Below, piece after piece: positions 9,608 to 18,550 of a stretch of 64,000 nt of DNA. Position 1 is the first letter of the stretch, and the number at the start of each line of letters is the position of its first letter. The translations under genes were made by a program, and so were the position numbers. The notes under the pieces were generated by a model that was not told the origin of the DNA, did not search any database, and saw only the letters and a program-made list of their open reading frames with translations. Where the stretch lies: contig CBDFKD010000002.1 of the NCBI GenBank assembly GCA_965248695.1, positions 2,464,001 to 2,528,000 of the forward strand, in the 5' to 3' direction. This DNA is from Acidobacteriota bacterium (GTDB lineage: Bacteria; Acidobacteriota; UBA890; WLXD01).

Positions 9608-12265
9608 CTAGCCCACGTCCTTGCCGAGCACGACGAGCTTCTTGAGCAGCACCGCGCCTTTGACGTTCCACACCTGTATCTCTGGCGGAGCATCGAACTT
9701 ACGCCCCATCAGGGCAAGGTCTTTGCGTCCCTTGCGTGCGAAGACGATTCCGGCGGCGCCGATCTGCGCGTAGCTGCCGTCGAAGACCTGAACGCGTGAA
9801 CCGGAGGCCTTGCCGTCGCGGCCGAACATCTGGAACCCGACATTGCCGTCGCCCAGGTGGCGCGTGACGACCACGATCTCATCGCCGTTGTCGGCGTTGC
9901 CGTCGAACTCTTGGGGGAACGCGCCGAGCACCTCGTACTCCTTGCCGGCGACCGTGCCGCCTCCCACCCGCTTGGCCTTCTTGCGGCTCGGATCCCACAC
10001 CTCGAAGGCCGCATCGCCGTTAGGCCGCGTGAACCCGACTACCACCAGGCGGCGTACCGCCCCCTTCGGCCCCGGCCGCGACCGAATCGTTCCCCAGCCG
10101 AGCACCGGATCGGCGGCAATGGCACCGCTCTTGGAAAGCTGATTCCCGTTCGCCGCCAGCACCTTGAAGAACGCCCTTGATCTTGTCTTGCGGTACCCGA
10201 CCAGGAGCTCACCGCCGGGCCGGGCAGAATCGAAGTCGCCGACCGTCCACAAGGCCTCGTCGAAGCCCGCGCTGAGGACCTTCTTGTTGAGCAGCGTCTT
10301 GCCGCTGCGCGGATCGACGATGAGCAACGTCGACCCCCTGCCGTTGCCACCGCTGTATGCGGCAACCACCTCGTCGGATCCGTCGTTATCGGTGTCTAAC
10401 CGGAGCCATTGGTGAAACGCCGACTTGGCCCCAATCACGGCGTGATCGGCCAGCTTCTGCAGCTTCTTGCCGCTCGCCGACGTGCCCCAGACGGTGAGAT
10501 GTCCGGTGCCCTTCTTGGCGGTGGTGGCGATCCCGATCTCGTCGCCTCGCGTGCCGTCGTATCTGAGCGCGAACAGCTGGCTGCGCAAGGTGCCTGCCGC
10601 CCCCACCGTCTTGCGATCGCGCAGCGCACCCTTGTCGCTGCGCAACTGCAGCTCTCTCACACCGGTGTCGAGGCCGCCGAGGAACAGCACCTCGGCCTTG
10701 CCTTTGCCGTCGGTGTCTACAGTGGTTGTGTACATGGCAGTGAACTTCTTCCCGGCGAAGAAGTTCCACACTCGCTTGCCTTTGTCGTTGTAGGCCTGGC
10801 TCCAGGCACCCCGAGCCGAGCCGCGGAACTCGATACTGTTGGCGCCAAGAGTCTGGAGGTCGTCGCCGACGAGGTTCCGTGTTCTTCCGGGCAGGTGCGC
10901 CGACGCTCCCGAGACTCCGGGACGAGCGCCGTTGGCAAGCCCCCGCGACGCGAACGCCACCCGCGAACAAGGGAATGCCGGGCGTGGGGGTGGGAGTAGA
11001 CCGATGCCGAGGACGCTGCCGCTGCCCGCCGCGCCTGAGTCGACAATGCCGCGGGAGAACGGGTCTACTTCGAACGTGCGGGCGGCCCTCGACAGGAAGA
11101 AATGGACGAACTGTATCGATCTCCGCACCCGTGCCGACGCGCACCCATCGTGATACTGAAAGACCGAGCGGGATTGACCGTTGATCGAGATTCCACCCTG
11201 CAAATTGTCCCCGAGATTATGATCGAGAGCGAAGCCCACGATGCCACCCTGTTGGTTCAGCGTGTTCTCGATGATTTTGATCCTCGGGTCGCTCGCCACC
11301 ACGATCCAGGGGTCGGGGGCGGCGCCGGTGACGGTGACGGTCAATTCGCGTTCGCAACCCTCAGTATCACAGAATGTCGGCGTCGACGGGGAGATCGTGA
11401 AGCTCACGTCACCTCCACCACCGCCGCCGCCACCGCCGCCGTCGTCGTCTTCGATGGTGCCGACTCCCTGCCCGTCGCCGATCGTCGGTTTCGCCGATCG
11501 AGCGATGTTGGACAAGTTCACGAAGAAGGTCTCGTCGCCCTCGTCGTCCGAGTCACCGTTCACTGAGACGTTGAACGTCTTGGTCTCGCCGGCGTTGCCG
11601 TTGAAGCTCAGCGTGCTGGTCTTGGCGGTGTAGTCGCTGCCGGCCGTGGCGCTGCCGTCGGCTGTCGCGGCCTGGACGGTGAAAGCGTCCGAGGCGGCCG
11701 ACAGCGTCACCGTGAAGCTGAAGTTCTTGCTGCCGCTGTCGCCCTCAACCGCCGTGACGTCGTTGATCGACACCGTCGCGTTGCCACCGCCCCCACCGGT
11801 GTCGCCGTCGGGGGTGATGGTGACCGTCGCCGTGTCGTCGCCGATCGTCACATCTGCAGCGCCGGCTCCCCCCACGCCGGTGATCTTCACGGTGAAGGTC
11901 TCGTTGCCCTCCACCTCCGTGTCGTCATGGATCTCGATGTTGAAGATTTTGGTTTGCGGCAGTCCCGTACCGGTCAGCGTCGTCGTTCGCCCAGTGTAGT
12001 CAGCGCCGTCCGTGGCAGTGTCGCCTGGCCCCGTGAATGCGGTAATGGTGAATTCGAAGTTGGGGGCGTTGCCGGTGAACGTCACGGGTACCAGGACCTG
12101 TGTGTCGCCCTCAACGACCGAGGTGTCGCCGACCGACAGCGTGCCGGGTAACTTGCCGCTCGCGGTCGGGCCAGCGGCGGCGATCTGCGGGGCGGAGATC
12201 AGCAGGATCGCCGCCAGCGCCAGCGCCGGGGATTTCAAACTCAATCCGAGATACTTGCGCATCAT
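9608..12265 (-). CDS. Secreted Calx-beta x2 / BACON-like / Lys-rich FG-GAP-like repeat surface protein
   Basis: Signal peptide; DDTEVEGNETF and GDSDDEGDETF Calx-beta motifs; poly-Gly linkers; DxDxxGxxE repeats; AAAGGA upstream. Confidence 0.8.
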   Translation of the reverse strand: MMRKYLGLSLKSPALALAAILLISAPQIAAAGPTASGKLPGTLSVGDTSVVEGDTQVLVPVTFTGNAPNFEFTITAFTGPGDTATDGADYTGRTTTLTGTGLPQTKIFNIEIHDDTEVEGNETFTVKITGVGGAGAADVTIGDDTATVTITPDGDTGGGGGNATVSINDVTAVEGDSGSKNFSFTVTLSAASDAFTVQAATADGSATAGSDYTAKTSTLSFNGNAGETKTFNVSVNGDSDDEGDETFFVNLSNIARSAKPTIGDGQGVGTIEDDDGGGGGGGGGGDVSFTISPSTPTFCDTEGCERELTVTVTGAAPDPWIVVASDPRIKIIENTLNQQGGIVGFALDHNLGDNLQGGISINGQSRSVFQYHDGCASARVRRSIQFVHFFLSRAARTFEVDPFSRGIVDSGAAGSGSVLGIGLLPPPRPAFPCSRVAFASRGLANGARPGVSGASAHLPGRTRNLVGDDLQTLGANSIEFRGSARGAWSQAYNDKGKRVWNFFAGKKFTAMYTTTVDTDGKGKAEVLFLGGLDTGVRELQLRSDKGALRDRKTVGAAGTLRSQLFALRYDGTRGDEIGIATTAKKGTGHLTVWGTSASGKKLQKLADHAVIGAKSAFHQWLRLDTDNDGSDEVVAAYSGGNGRGSTLLIVDPRSGKTLLNKKVLSAGFDEALWTVGDFDSARPGGELLVGYRKTRSRAFFKVLAANGNQLSKSGAIAADPVLGWGTIRSRPGPKGAVRRLVVVGFTRPNGDAAFEVWDPSRKKAKRVGGGTVAGKEYEVLGAFPQEFDGNADNGDEIVVVTRHLGDGNVGFQMFGRDGKASGSRVQVFDGSYAQIGAAGIVFARKGRKDLALMGRKFDAPPEIQVWNVKGAVLLKKLVVLGKDVG

Positions 12266-12536
12266 CCCCATCCTTTGAGGTCCCTGGCTACGGGACCCGT
12301 AGCCGATGCGGTCGCTTTCTAACGCGACGCCAGGCGAACCAGGACCCGTGACCATCCCACAAAACTGAACCCAGCGCGCGACCGCGCCCCCACCGTTGCG
12401 TTTCGCGTTCTTGGCACTCAGGCTGCCGGATATGATGAGCGTGCGGTTTGGCAGGGAATAGGCAAAGTCGCGTTAGGGCTCGATGGCGATCGGGTCGGCC
12501 TTGCCGTAAGTCATTGGTTCTATTGAACTTCTATGT

Positions 12537-12575
12537 GCGCCCGTAGCTCAGCTGGATAGAGCAGCGGACTTCTAA
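12537..12575 (+). repeat. 5' half of tRNA-Arg(TCT), copy 4
   Basis: Identical 39-mer. Confidence 0.95.
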
Positions 12576-12758
12576 GTCATTTCACTCGACTGTGCGCGTC
12601 TTGTTTCTACTTGTATCTAGTTGCATCCAGTCGACTTGTGCCCGAAGACGACTGACTCCCAGTTGTATGTACTTGTATCTAGTTGGACGTGAATTGGCAG
12701 GAATTTGGCAGGGCGGGCAGATCGAGGGTTGAGCTAGTTTTCGGGGTGCAGCCGGGCG

Positions 12759-12816
12759 CTACGGGTCCGTCGGTACGAGCCGCTTCAGCTCGTCGAACCA
12801 GTTGGTGACCAAGTTG
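12759..12816 (-). pseudogene. Kinase 3' remnant (NLVTNWFDELKRLVPTDP*)
   Basis: Best-preserved copy of the family C-terminal motif. Confidence 0.75.
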
Positions 12817-12837
12817 TCGTCCAGGTCACCCGCCCGC

Positions 12838-14865
12838 CTACTCCACGTCCTTGCTCAGCACCGCGATCTTCTTCAGCAACACGCCACCGTTGACGTTCCA
12901 GACCTGCACTTCTGGTTGGCTACCTACCTGGCGCGCCATCAGCGACAGGTCGACACGTCCCTTGCGCGCGAAGACGATCGGGCTGGCACTGGGGTTGATG
13001 TAGGTTCCGTCGAACACCTGCACCCGATCCCCGCGCTGCCTGCCGTCACGTCCGAACATCTGGAAGCCGATGTTGCCGTCGCCCACGTGGCGACTCACGA
13101 CGACGATCTCCCATCCGTTGTCGCCATCGCCGTCGAAGTCGAAGGCCGCGTCGCCGTTGGCACGGGTGAAGGCGACGACCACCAGGTCGCGGACGGTGCC
13201 CTTGGGGCCCGGCTTGGACTGGATCGCTCCCCATCCGTGCAGCGACTTGGCAGCGATGCTCTTGCTCGTCGAGAGTACTGCGCCGCTGGTCGCGAGCACC
13301 TTGAAGAACCCCTTGCTCTTCTTGCGGTACCCGACCAGGAGCTCGGCACCTGATCTGTCCGGATCGAAGTCGCCGGGCATCCACACGGCCTGGTCGAAAC
13401 CGGTCTTCAGGACGGTCTTGTTCACCAGCGTCTCGCCAGTCCGCGGATCGACAACGCGCAACGTCGCGCCTTTGCCGCTGGGAGCGCTGTAGCCTACGAC
13501 CATCTCGTGGCGGCCGTCGTCGTCGATGTCGAGCGGCATCCACTGATGGTTGGCCGACTTCGCCCCGACAACGGTGTGCTCGGCAAGCTTTCGCAGCTTC
13601 TTGCCTGACCGATCCCAGATCGCCAACTGGCCGGTGCCGTTCTTGGCCACATAAGCAATGCCGATCTCCTGACCCCGCTTGCCGTCGTGCTCTAGATTCA
13701 TCAGCCGTGCCGCTGTGGATCGGGCTGGAGTTACCGACTTCCGGTCCTGAAGTGCGCCGCTGGAGCTGCGCAGCTGGAGCTCTGTTGTGCCGGACCCCTG
13801 GTTACCGAGAACCACGGGCTCCGGCTTGCCGTTGCCTTCGGTGTCGATGCGCAGCAGTTGGAGGCCGGGAAACTTAGGGCCGGTGAACAGGTTCAGCGAC
13901 CGCTTGCCTCGACTGTTGTACTGCTGCACCCATGGGCCTCGCGCCGCGCCGCGATACTCCGGTGCGAGCACGTGGATCTCGTCGAGACCTTTGGCTCGGC
14001 GCGAGTCCGCGCGTCCGTCCGCGAAACCCCCGGCCGCCGGACTCGGCGGCTGGTTCTGCGATGAGTTGTTGCGGTTACTGGAATCGTTGTAATCGTCCTT
14101 GATGGACAGCCCGTAGAGAAACTGGTCATCGAGAGGGATTCCATCGATGTCACTGGCGATCGGAAAAAGAGTCCATGACGGGATACCACCGATCGAAGGT
14201 GTTGGAGCACTGCAAACGCAGGCTATTGCCACCTCTTCGGATATGGCCGAGGTCTGGGACACCGTATGCGTTTGGCTGCCGATGCGGACAGACGCAGACC
14301 GATTGAAACCGGTTTTGTTTGAGAAAACGCCGTAGAACAGACTGCCGTCGTCCTTTTCCTTCGCCGACTCAATCTGGATCCAGCTGTCGCTTGTTGAAGC
14401 GTTCCAGGTACCGGAGCCTCGGACCTTGATCTCAGAGCCTGAATACCCGTGCGCGGCAAAGCTGCGCGCCTGGTCGGAGATTTCGAGGCTGTCACCGCCG
14501 CCACCGTCGTCGTTTTGGATGGTGCCGACTCCCACCGGGAGGTTGTTGTTCGCCGGTATGTTCCCCGAGCCCTGGACGTTCGACAGCTGCACTTTGAAGG
14601 TCTCGTCGGGCTCGTCTTTGGTGTCGCCGAGCACGAGAACGGAGACGTTCTTCGTCTCGCCGGCATTGCCCGTGAAGTTGAGCGTTTGCTTGTTGATGGG
14701 CCCGTAGTCTTCGCCGCTGGTAGCGGTGCCGTTGGCGGTGGCAGCATCAACGCTGAACGAAGCGCTGGCAGTCGATAGCGTCACGGTGAAGTCGAAGGCC
14801 GTACCGTCGCCATCTCCGCCCTCTAGCTTGCTGACGTTGTTGATCGACAGCGTCGGGGTGTCGCC
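12838..14865 (-). pseudogene. 5'-truncated paralog of the cassette C surface protein
   Basis: Frame open but lacks start codon, signal peptide and first Calx-beta; joined directly to leader sequence near 14865; ~30-codon in-frame deletion near 13140. Confidence 0.7.
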
Positions 14866-15081
14866 GCGGTCGCTTTCTAACGCGAAGGACCCGTGACCAT
14901 CCCACAAAACTGAACCCAGCGCGCGACCGCGCCCCCACCGTTGCGTTTCGCGTTCTTGGCACTCAGGCTGCCGGATATGATGAGCGTGCGGTTTGGCAGG
15001 GAATAGGCAAAGTCGCGTTAGGGCTCGATGGCGATCGGGTCGGCCTTGCCGTAAGTCATTGGTTCTATTGAACTTCTATGT

Positions 15082-15155
15082 GCGCCCGTAGCTCAGCTGG
15101 ATAGAGCAGCGGACTTCTAATCCGCAGGTCGGAGGTTCGAATCCTCCCGGGCGCG
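15082..15155 (+). tRNA. tRNA-Arg(TCT), intact; CCA not fully encoded (CCT follows)
   Basis: Acceptor GCGCCCG/CGGGCGC, anticodon stem GCGGA/TCCGC, loop CTTCTAA, T arm GGAGG-TTCGAAT-CCTCC. Confidence 0.98.
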
Positions 15156-15212
15156 CCTTTGTGTTCACAACTTGCGAGGATTCAGGGCCGTCGAAGCCTC
15201 TCTGAACGATCC

Positions 15213-17483
15213 TCAGGGGTTGGTCGGCGGCGCCACGGCGACGACATGGTGCCGGGTGCGCAGGAACAATGTGTTGCCCGAGATCGCCGGCGTTGCCATC
15301 AGGCTCTCGTCCATCTGATTGACCGCCAGTCTCTCGAAGCTCGGCCCCGACTTGACGACGACCACCTCGCCATCCTCGCTGGAGAAATAGAGCCTGCCAT
15401 CTGCAGCCACCGGCGAGGCGGAGTAGGTGCCTCCACGGGTGAGCCGCGCGCGGTACACTCGCTCGCCCGTCTCCGCATCATAGGCGCTCAGCACACCGCT
15501 GACGCGTGAGCACACGTAGAGCAAGCCGCGGTAGACGATCGGCGTCGAGATGCCGGATCCGCCGATGCGCTTGGCCCAGGCAACGTGCTCGCTCGACGCT
15601 TCATCGTCGGCGAGCGTGATATCGCCCACCGCGCCGGGACGGATTGCGTAGATTGGCTCGACGGTGCCGTAGGCGCTGCTCAAATAGATCAGGCCGCGAC
15701 CGGCGATCGGGGTCGGTATCGTGAAATCGCTATGGAAGCCCAGCCTCCAGAGTTCCTCACCTGTCTCCGGGTCGTGGCCCCGGGCGAACCGCACTCCCGC
15801 GGTAACGAGCTCCGTGTGTCGGCCGCCCTCGTAGACCACGGGGGTAGCCCAAGAAGGATACTCGTCGCGCTCGCTACGCCAGACCTCCTTTCCCGTGGCG
15901 ATGTCCAAGGCCAGCAGGTAGGCGAACTTGCTGACGTCCACCTGGAGGATCACCAGGTTCTTGTGGATGATCGGCGAAGAGGCGGTGTTCCACTCATAGC
16001 CCGGATCGAAGTAACGCCCGGATGCCAGCGTGCCGAGGTCCCTCGCCCATAGTAGGTTGCCCTCCAGGTCGTAACAGTAGATGCCCTCGGAGCCGAACCA
16101 GACAAGTAGATGGGTGCCGTCCGTAGCAGGGGTTTGATTGGCGTGCGACGCGGTTACATGGCGGGCCGTTCTCGGTAAGCCCTGTCGCGCTGCCCGCTCC
16201 CAGAGGATGTCGCCGCTGTGCTTGTCGAGGGCGTACACCCGCCACGAGTGCGGAGCGTCTTCCTTGACGTAGGCCAGGACGCCTGAGTTCGCTGCCTCGG
16301 AGAAATCACGGAAGGTTGACACGGTCTCATCGGCCGGAACTGCCGTGGTCACGAACACGCGATCCCCCCAGACGATGGGGCTGGAGTGTCCGAGGCCCGG
16401 TATCGGCGTCCTCCAGGCGATGTTGATCGACTCTCGCACGTCCCAGGCGGTCGGCGGCGAGGCTCCGTCGGCGATGCCGGAGCCGTTCGGTCCCCGAAAC
16501 GAAGCCCACTCCCCAAGACCGGCGATCGCCGGTTCGGTGGTGATCGTATCGGCGGCGCGCGCCTCGACATCGACGGCGCGGAAGTCAACGCGGGCTGGCC
16601 TTGGCCGGATGGACACATCAGCCATCCGACGGAAGCGCTCGGATCGGTCGCCCTCATATAGAACCAGCTCGGTCGGTGGAAGCGTCCGACCTCTCAGGGC
16701 CACGAAGACCTTTCGCTCGCGGGACCGAAACAACATCTGATCGACGGGCACAAGCGCGACCCGCTTGCCGCCGCGGCGCTCGAGCATCAACTCGCCCTCT
16801 TCGAGGCCGGGCTCGAGCGTCAGCGCCTCCTGCGCCTGGCTGCGATAGATCCCCGCAATCCGAGCGAGCCGTTCCGCGGAGCGCACTTGATCGAGCGGAC
16901 CCGGCTCCTTGGCCCCCGCCTCGATCAACAGCTCGACCAACTCCGCTCGCTCGGCCCGCCTCGCCGCCGCCAGCGCCATGTTCACGTAGGAGGGGTTGGA
17001 ACCACCCCGGCCGACGATCGTTCGTACGGCCTCGAGGTAGCCGGCGCGGATCAGATCGACGAGTGGCGTTCCATCCCTTCCGCCTCCCTTCTCCACCAGC
17101 AACCGGATGATCTCCGCCCTCGCCTCCGGCGCCCGAACGTCCGTGTTCGATATGGCAGCGAGCATCAGCGGCGTCTTGCCCCACGGAGATCTGCCGCGCG
17201 AGGGGGGGCTGGAGTCGGGATCCGCCCCGTGCTCCAGCAACAGCCTCACGAGCTCGAGGTTGCCCCAGTCGGCGGCGGTATAGAGAGGTGTTACGCCGAA
17301 GCCGTTGTCGGCGTTTACATCGGCTCCCTCGGCAAGGAGCTCGCTCACCGCAGCGAGATCGCCGTCTGCCGCTGCGGTCACCAGTTGCTTGTTGAGGTCG
17401 TCCTGGCGTTGAGGCGATTGAGTGCCGAGCAGGAGGATCGACAGCCCGCAGATGTACGTCAGTCGGTGAGCTCGTGCACCCAC
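15213..17483 (-). CDS. Ankyrin-repeat plus PQQ/BamB-like propeller protein, paralog of 6663-8930
   Basis: GVTPLYTAADWGNLELVRLLLEHGADP; WASFRGP; IPGLGHSSPIVWG; GTG start inferred. Confidence 0.85.
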   Translation of the reverse strand: MGARAHRLTYICGLSILLLGTQSPQRQDDLNKQLVTAAADGDLAAVSELLAEGADVNADNGFGVTPLYTAADWGNLELVRLLLEHGADPDSSPPSRGRSPWGKTPLMLAAISNTDVRAPEARAEIIRLLVEKGGGRDGTPLVDLIRAGYLEAVRTIVGRGGSNPSYVNMALAAARRAERAELVELLIEAGAKEPGPLDQVRSAERLARIAGIYRSQAQEALTLEPGLEEGELMLERRGGKRVALVPVDQMLFRSRERKVFVALRGRTLPPTELVLYEGDRSERFRRMADVSIRPRPARVDFRAVDVEARAADTITTEPAIAGLGEWASFRGPNGSGIADGASPPTAWDVRESINIAWRTPIPGLGHSSPIVWGDRVFVTTAVPADETVSTFRDFSEAANSGVLAYVKEDAPHSWRVYALDKHSGDILWERAARQGLPRTARHVTASHANQTPATDGTHLLVWFGSEGIYCYDLEGNLLWARDLGTLASGRYFDPGYEWNTASSPIIHKNLVILQVDVSKFAYLLALDIATGKEVWRSERDEYPSWATPVVYEGGRHTELVTAGVRFARGHDPETGEELWRLGFHSDFTIPTPIAGRGLIYLSSAYGTVEPIYAIRPGAVGDITLADDEASSEHVAWAKRIGGSGISTPIVYRGLLYVCSRVSGVLSAYDAETGERVYRARLTRGGTYSASPVAADGRLYFSSEDGEVVVVKSGPSFERLAVNQMDESLMATPAISGNTLFLRTRHHVVAVAPPTNP

Positions 17484-17497
17484 GTCACTGGCGGCGC

Positions 17498-18307
17498 TCA
17501 GCGCATGTTCCAGATATCGATCACGTCTTGATACCCGAGCAGGGTCGCGTTGTCGCCGATGTACAACAGGGCATCTTCGGTGCGGGCGAGGTCCGCCGGT
17601 ACGATAGCGTCCTCGATGGCGACCGTGCTGTAACCGAGGCTGCGGGCGGTCATCATCGTCGGCACGACGCCGATCTCTGCCCCGATGCCGACGATGACGA
17701 TGGTCGTGAGCCGGTTCCAACGCAGCAGCTCATCGAGAGCGGTGGCGATGAAGGCGTCCGGCCGGTATTTCCTGAGCACCCAATCGTTGGCCTCCGGCTT
17801 GATCTCCTCCGGGTTCTCCCAACCCCAGGTGCCCTCGTGCATGGAGATGGTCGACGGCGGTTCATCTTCGTCGTAGCTCGAGGGAGGCCTCCCATAGGTA
17901 GAGCCATCGGGGTAGGAGGTCCATCGAACATAGGCGACCCGCACGTCGTTTGCCCTGGCTGCCGCCAGCAGCTCGACCATCGGAGCCATGATGCCGGAAA
18001 CGTCGACGCGGTCTCCCCGAGCGTCGAACGAACCCCCCTCGGAAACAAAGGCGTTGAGCACCTCGTGCACCAGGAGCACCGTATGCTCCGGATCGAGGAG
18101 CTCTCCGAGCTCGGCTTGCGTCGGCGCCTGCGCCCCCTCTCGTACCGGCGTCCCAAGGGCGGCCGTACCCTCGGTGCATCGAGCCGCCAGCGAGCACCTC
18201 GGCATCGTCGAGCCCGACGCCCGAGCTTCGCCGATAGGGGCTCCCGAGACGGCGACCAGCGCCGATACACCGAGGATCGCGCAGCAGAGCTGTTGGTTTT
18301 TTCTCAT
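17498..18307 (-). CDS. Isochorismatase/cysteine hydrolase family protein with signal peptide
   Basis: KYRPDAFIATALDELLR, IVIVGIGAEIGVVPT. Confidence 0.8.
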   Translation of the reverse strand: MRKNQQLCCAILGVSALVAVSGAPIGEARASGSTMPRCSLAARCTEGTAALGTPVREGAQAPTQAELGELLDPEHTVLLVHEVLNAFVSEGGSFDARGDRVDVSGIMAPMVELLAAARANDVRVAYVRWTSYPDGSTYGRPPSSYDEDEPPSTISMHEGTWGWENPEEIKPEANDWVLRKYRPDAFIATALDELLRWNRLTTIVIVGIGAEIGVVPTMMTARSLGYSTVAIEDAIVPADLARTEDALLYIGDNATLLGYQDVIDIWNMR

Positions 18308-18389
18308 CGTTCACCCTTCCTGGATCCGGGCGGCACCCTTGTCGTGAGCGATGCGAGCACCTTGGCGATGAACTCGTTGGATTATATAT

Positions 18390-18448
18390 ATAACTCTTTC
18401 ATGTACCAGTTGGTGAAATCGGAGGAGCCGCCCTCGTGGTGGAGTAGC
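18390..18448 (-). pseudogene. 3' remnant of a Rieske oxygenase gene
   Basis: atgtaccagttggtgaaatcggaggagccgccctcgtggtggagtagc aligns with 49169-49217 (YSTHEGG..F..WYMKE). Confidence 0.7.
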
Positions 18449-18550
18449 CGCGGCGCGGCAGCGTTGTTGTGGGACCTGTGCGCATCTCAGGTCACCGATT
18501 AGTATGGGCACATTGGAGCCTTCTGCCCGATCGAACTCAGGATGGTAGAT

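Larger units (their letters stand above)
9348..12536. mobile_element. Cassette C: type II arms, Calx-beta surface protein cargo
   Basis: Left arm 9348-9485 similar to 12576-12712; right end 12341-12536 identical by eye to 14886-15081. Confidence 0.8.
12576..15081. mobile_element. Cassette D: type II arms, truncated Calx-beta paralog
   Basis: TTGGCA at 12694, 12705 (left) and TTGGCA/TAGGCA at 14993, 15004 (right). Confidence 0.8.

Noticed and set aside
1-15081. Encoded integrase or classical integron attC sites
   Set aside because: No ORF with tyrosine or serine recombinase motifs; arms are direct-repeat based, with no clear attC hairpin
1463-15120. CRISPR array from the 39-bp direct repeats
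   Set aside because: Repeats are tRNA sequence, spacers are kilobases of genes, and no cas genes are present
1463-15155. Intron-containing or split tRNA
   Set aside because: The 5' portion is repeated, only one 3' half exists and it is contiguous with its own 5' half; no group I core recognised
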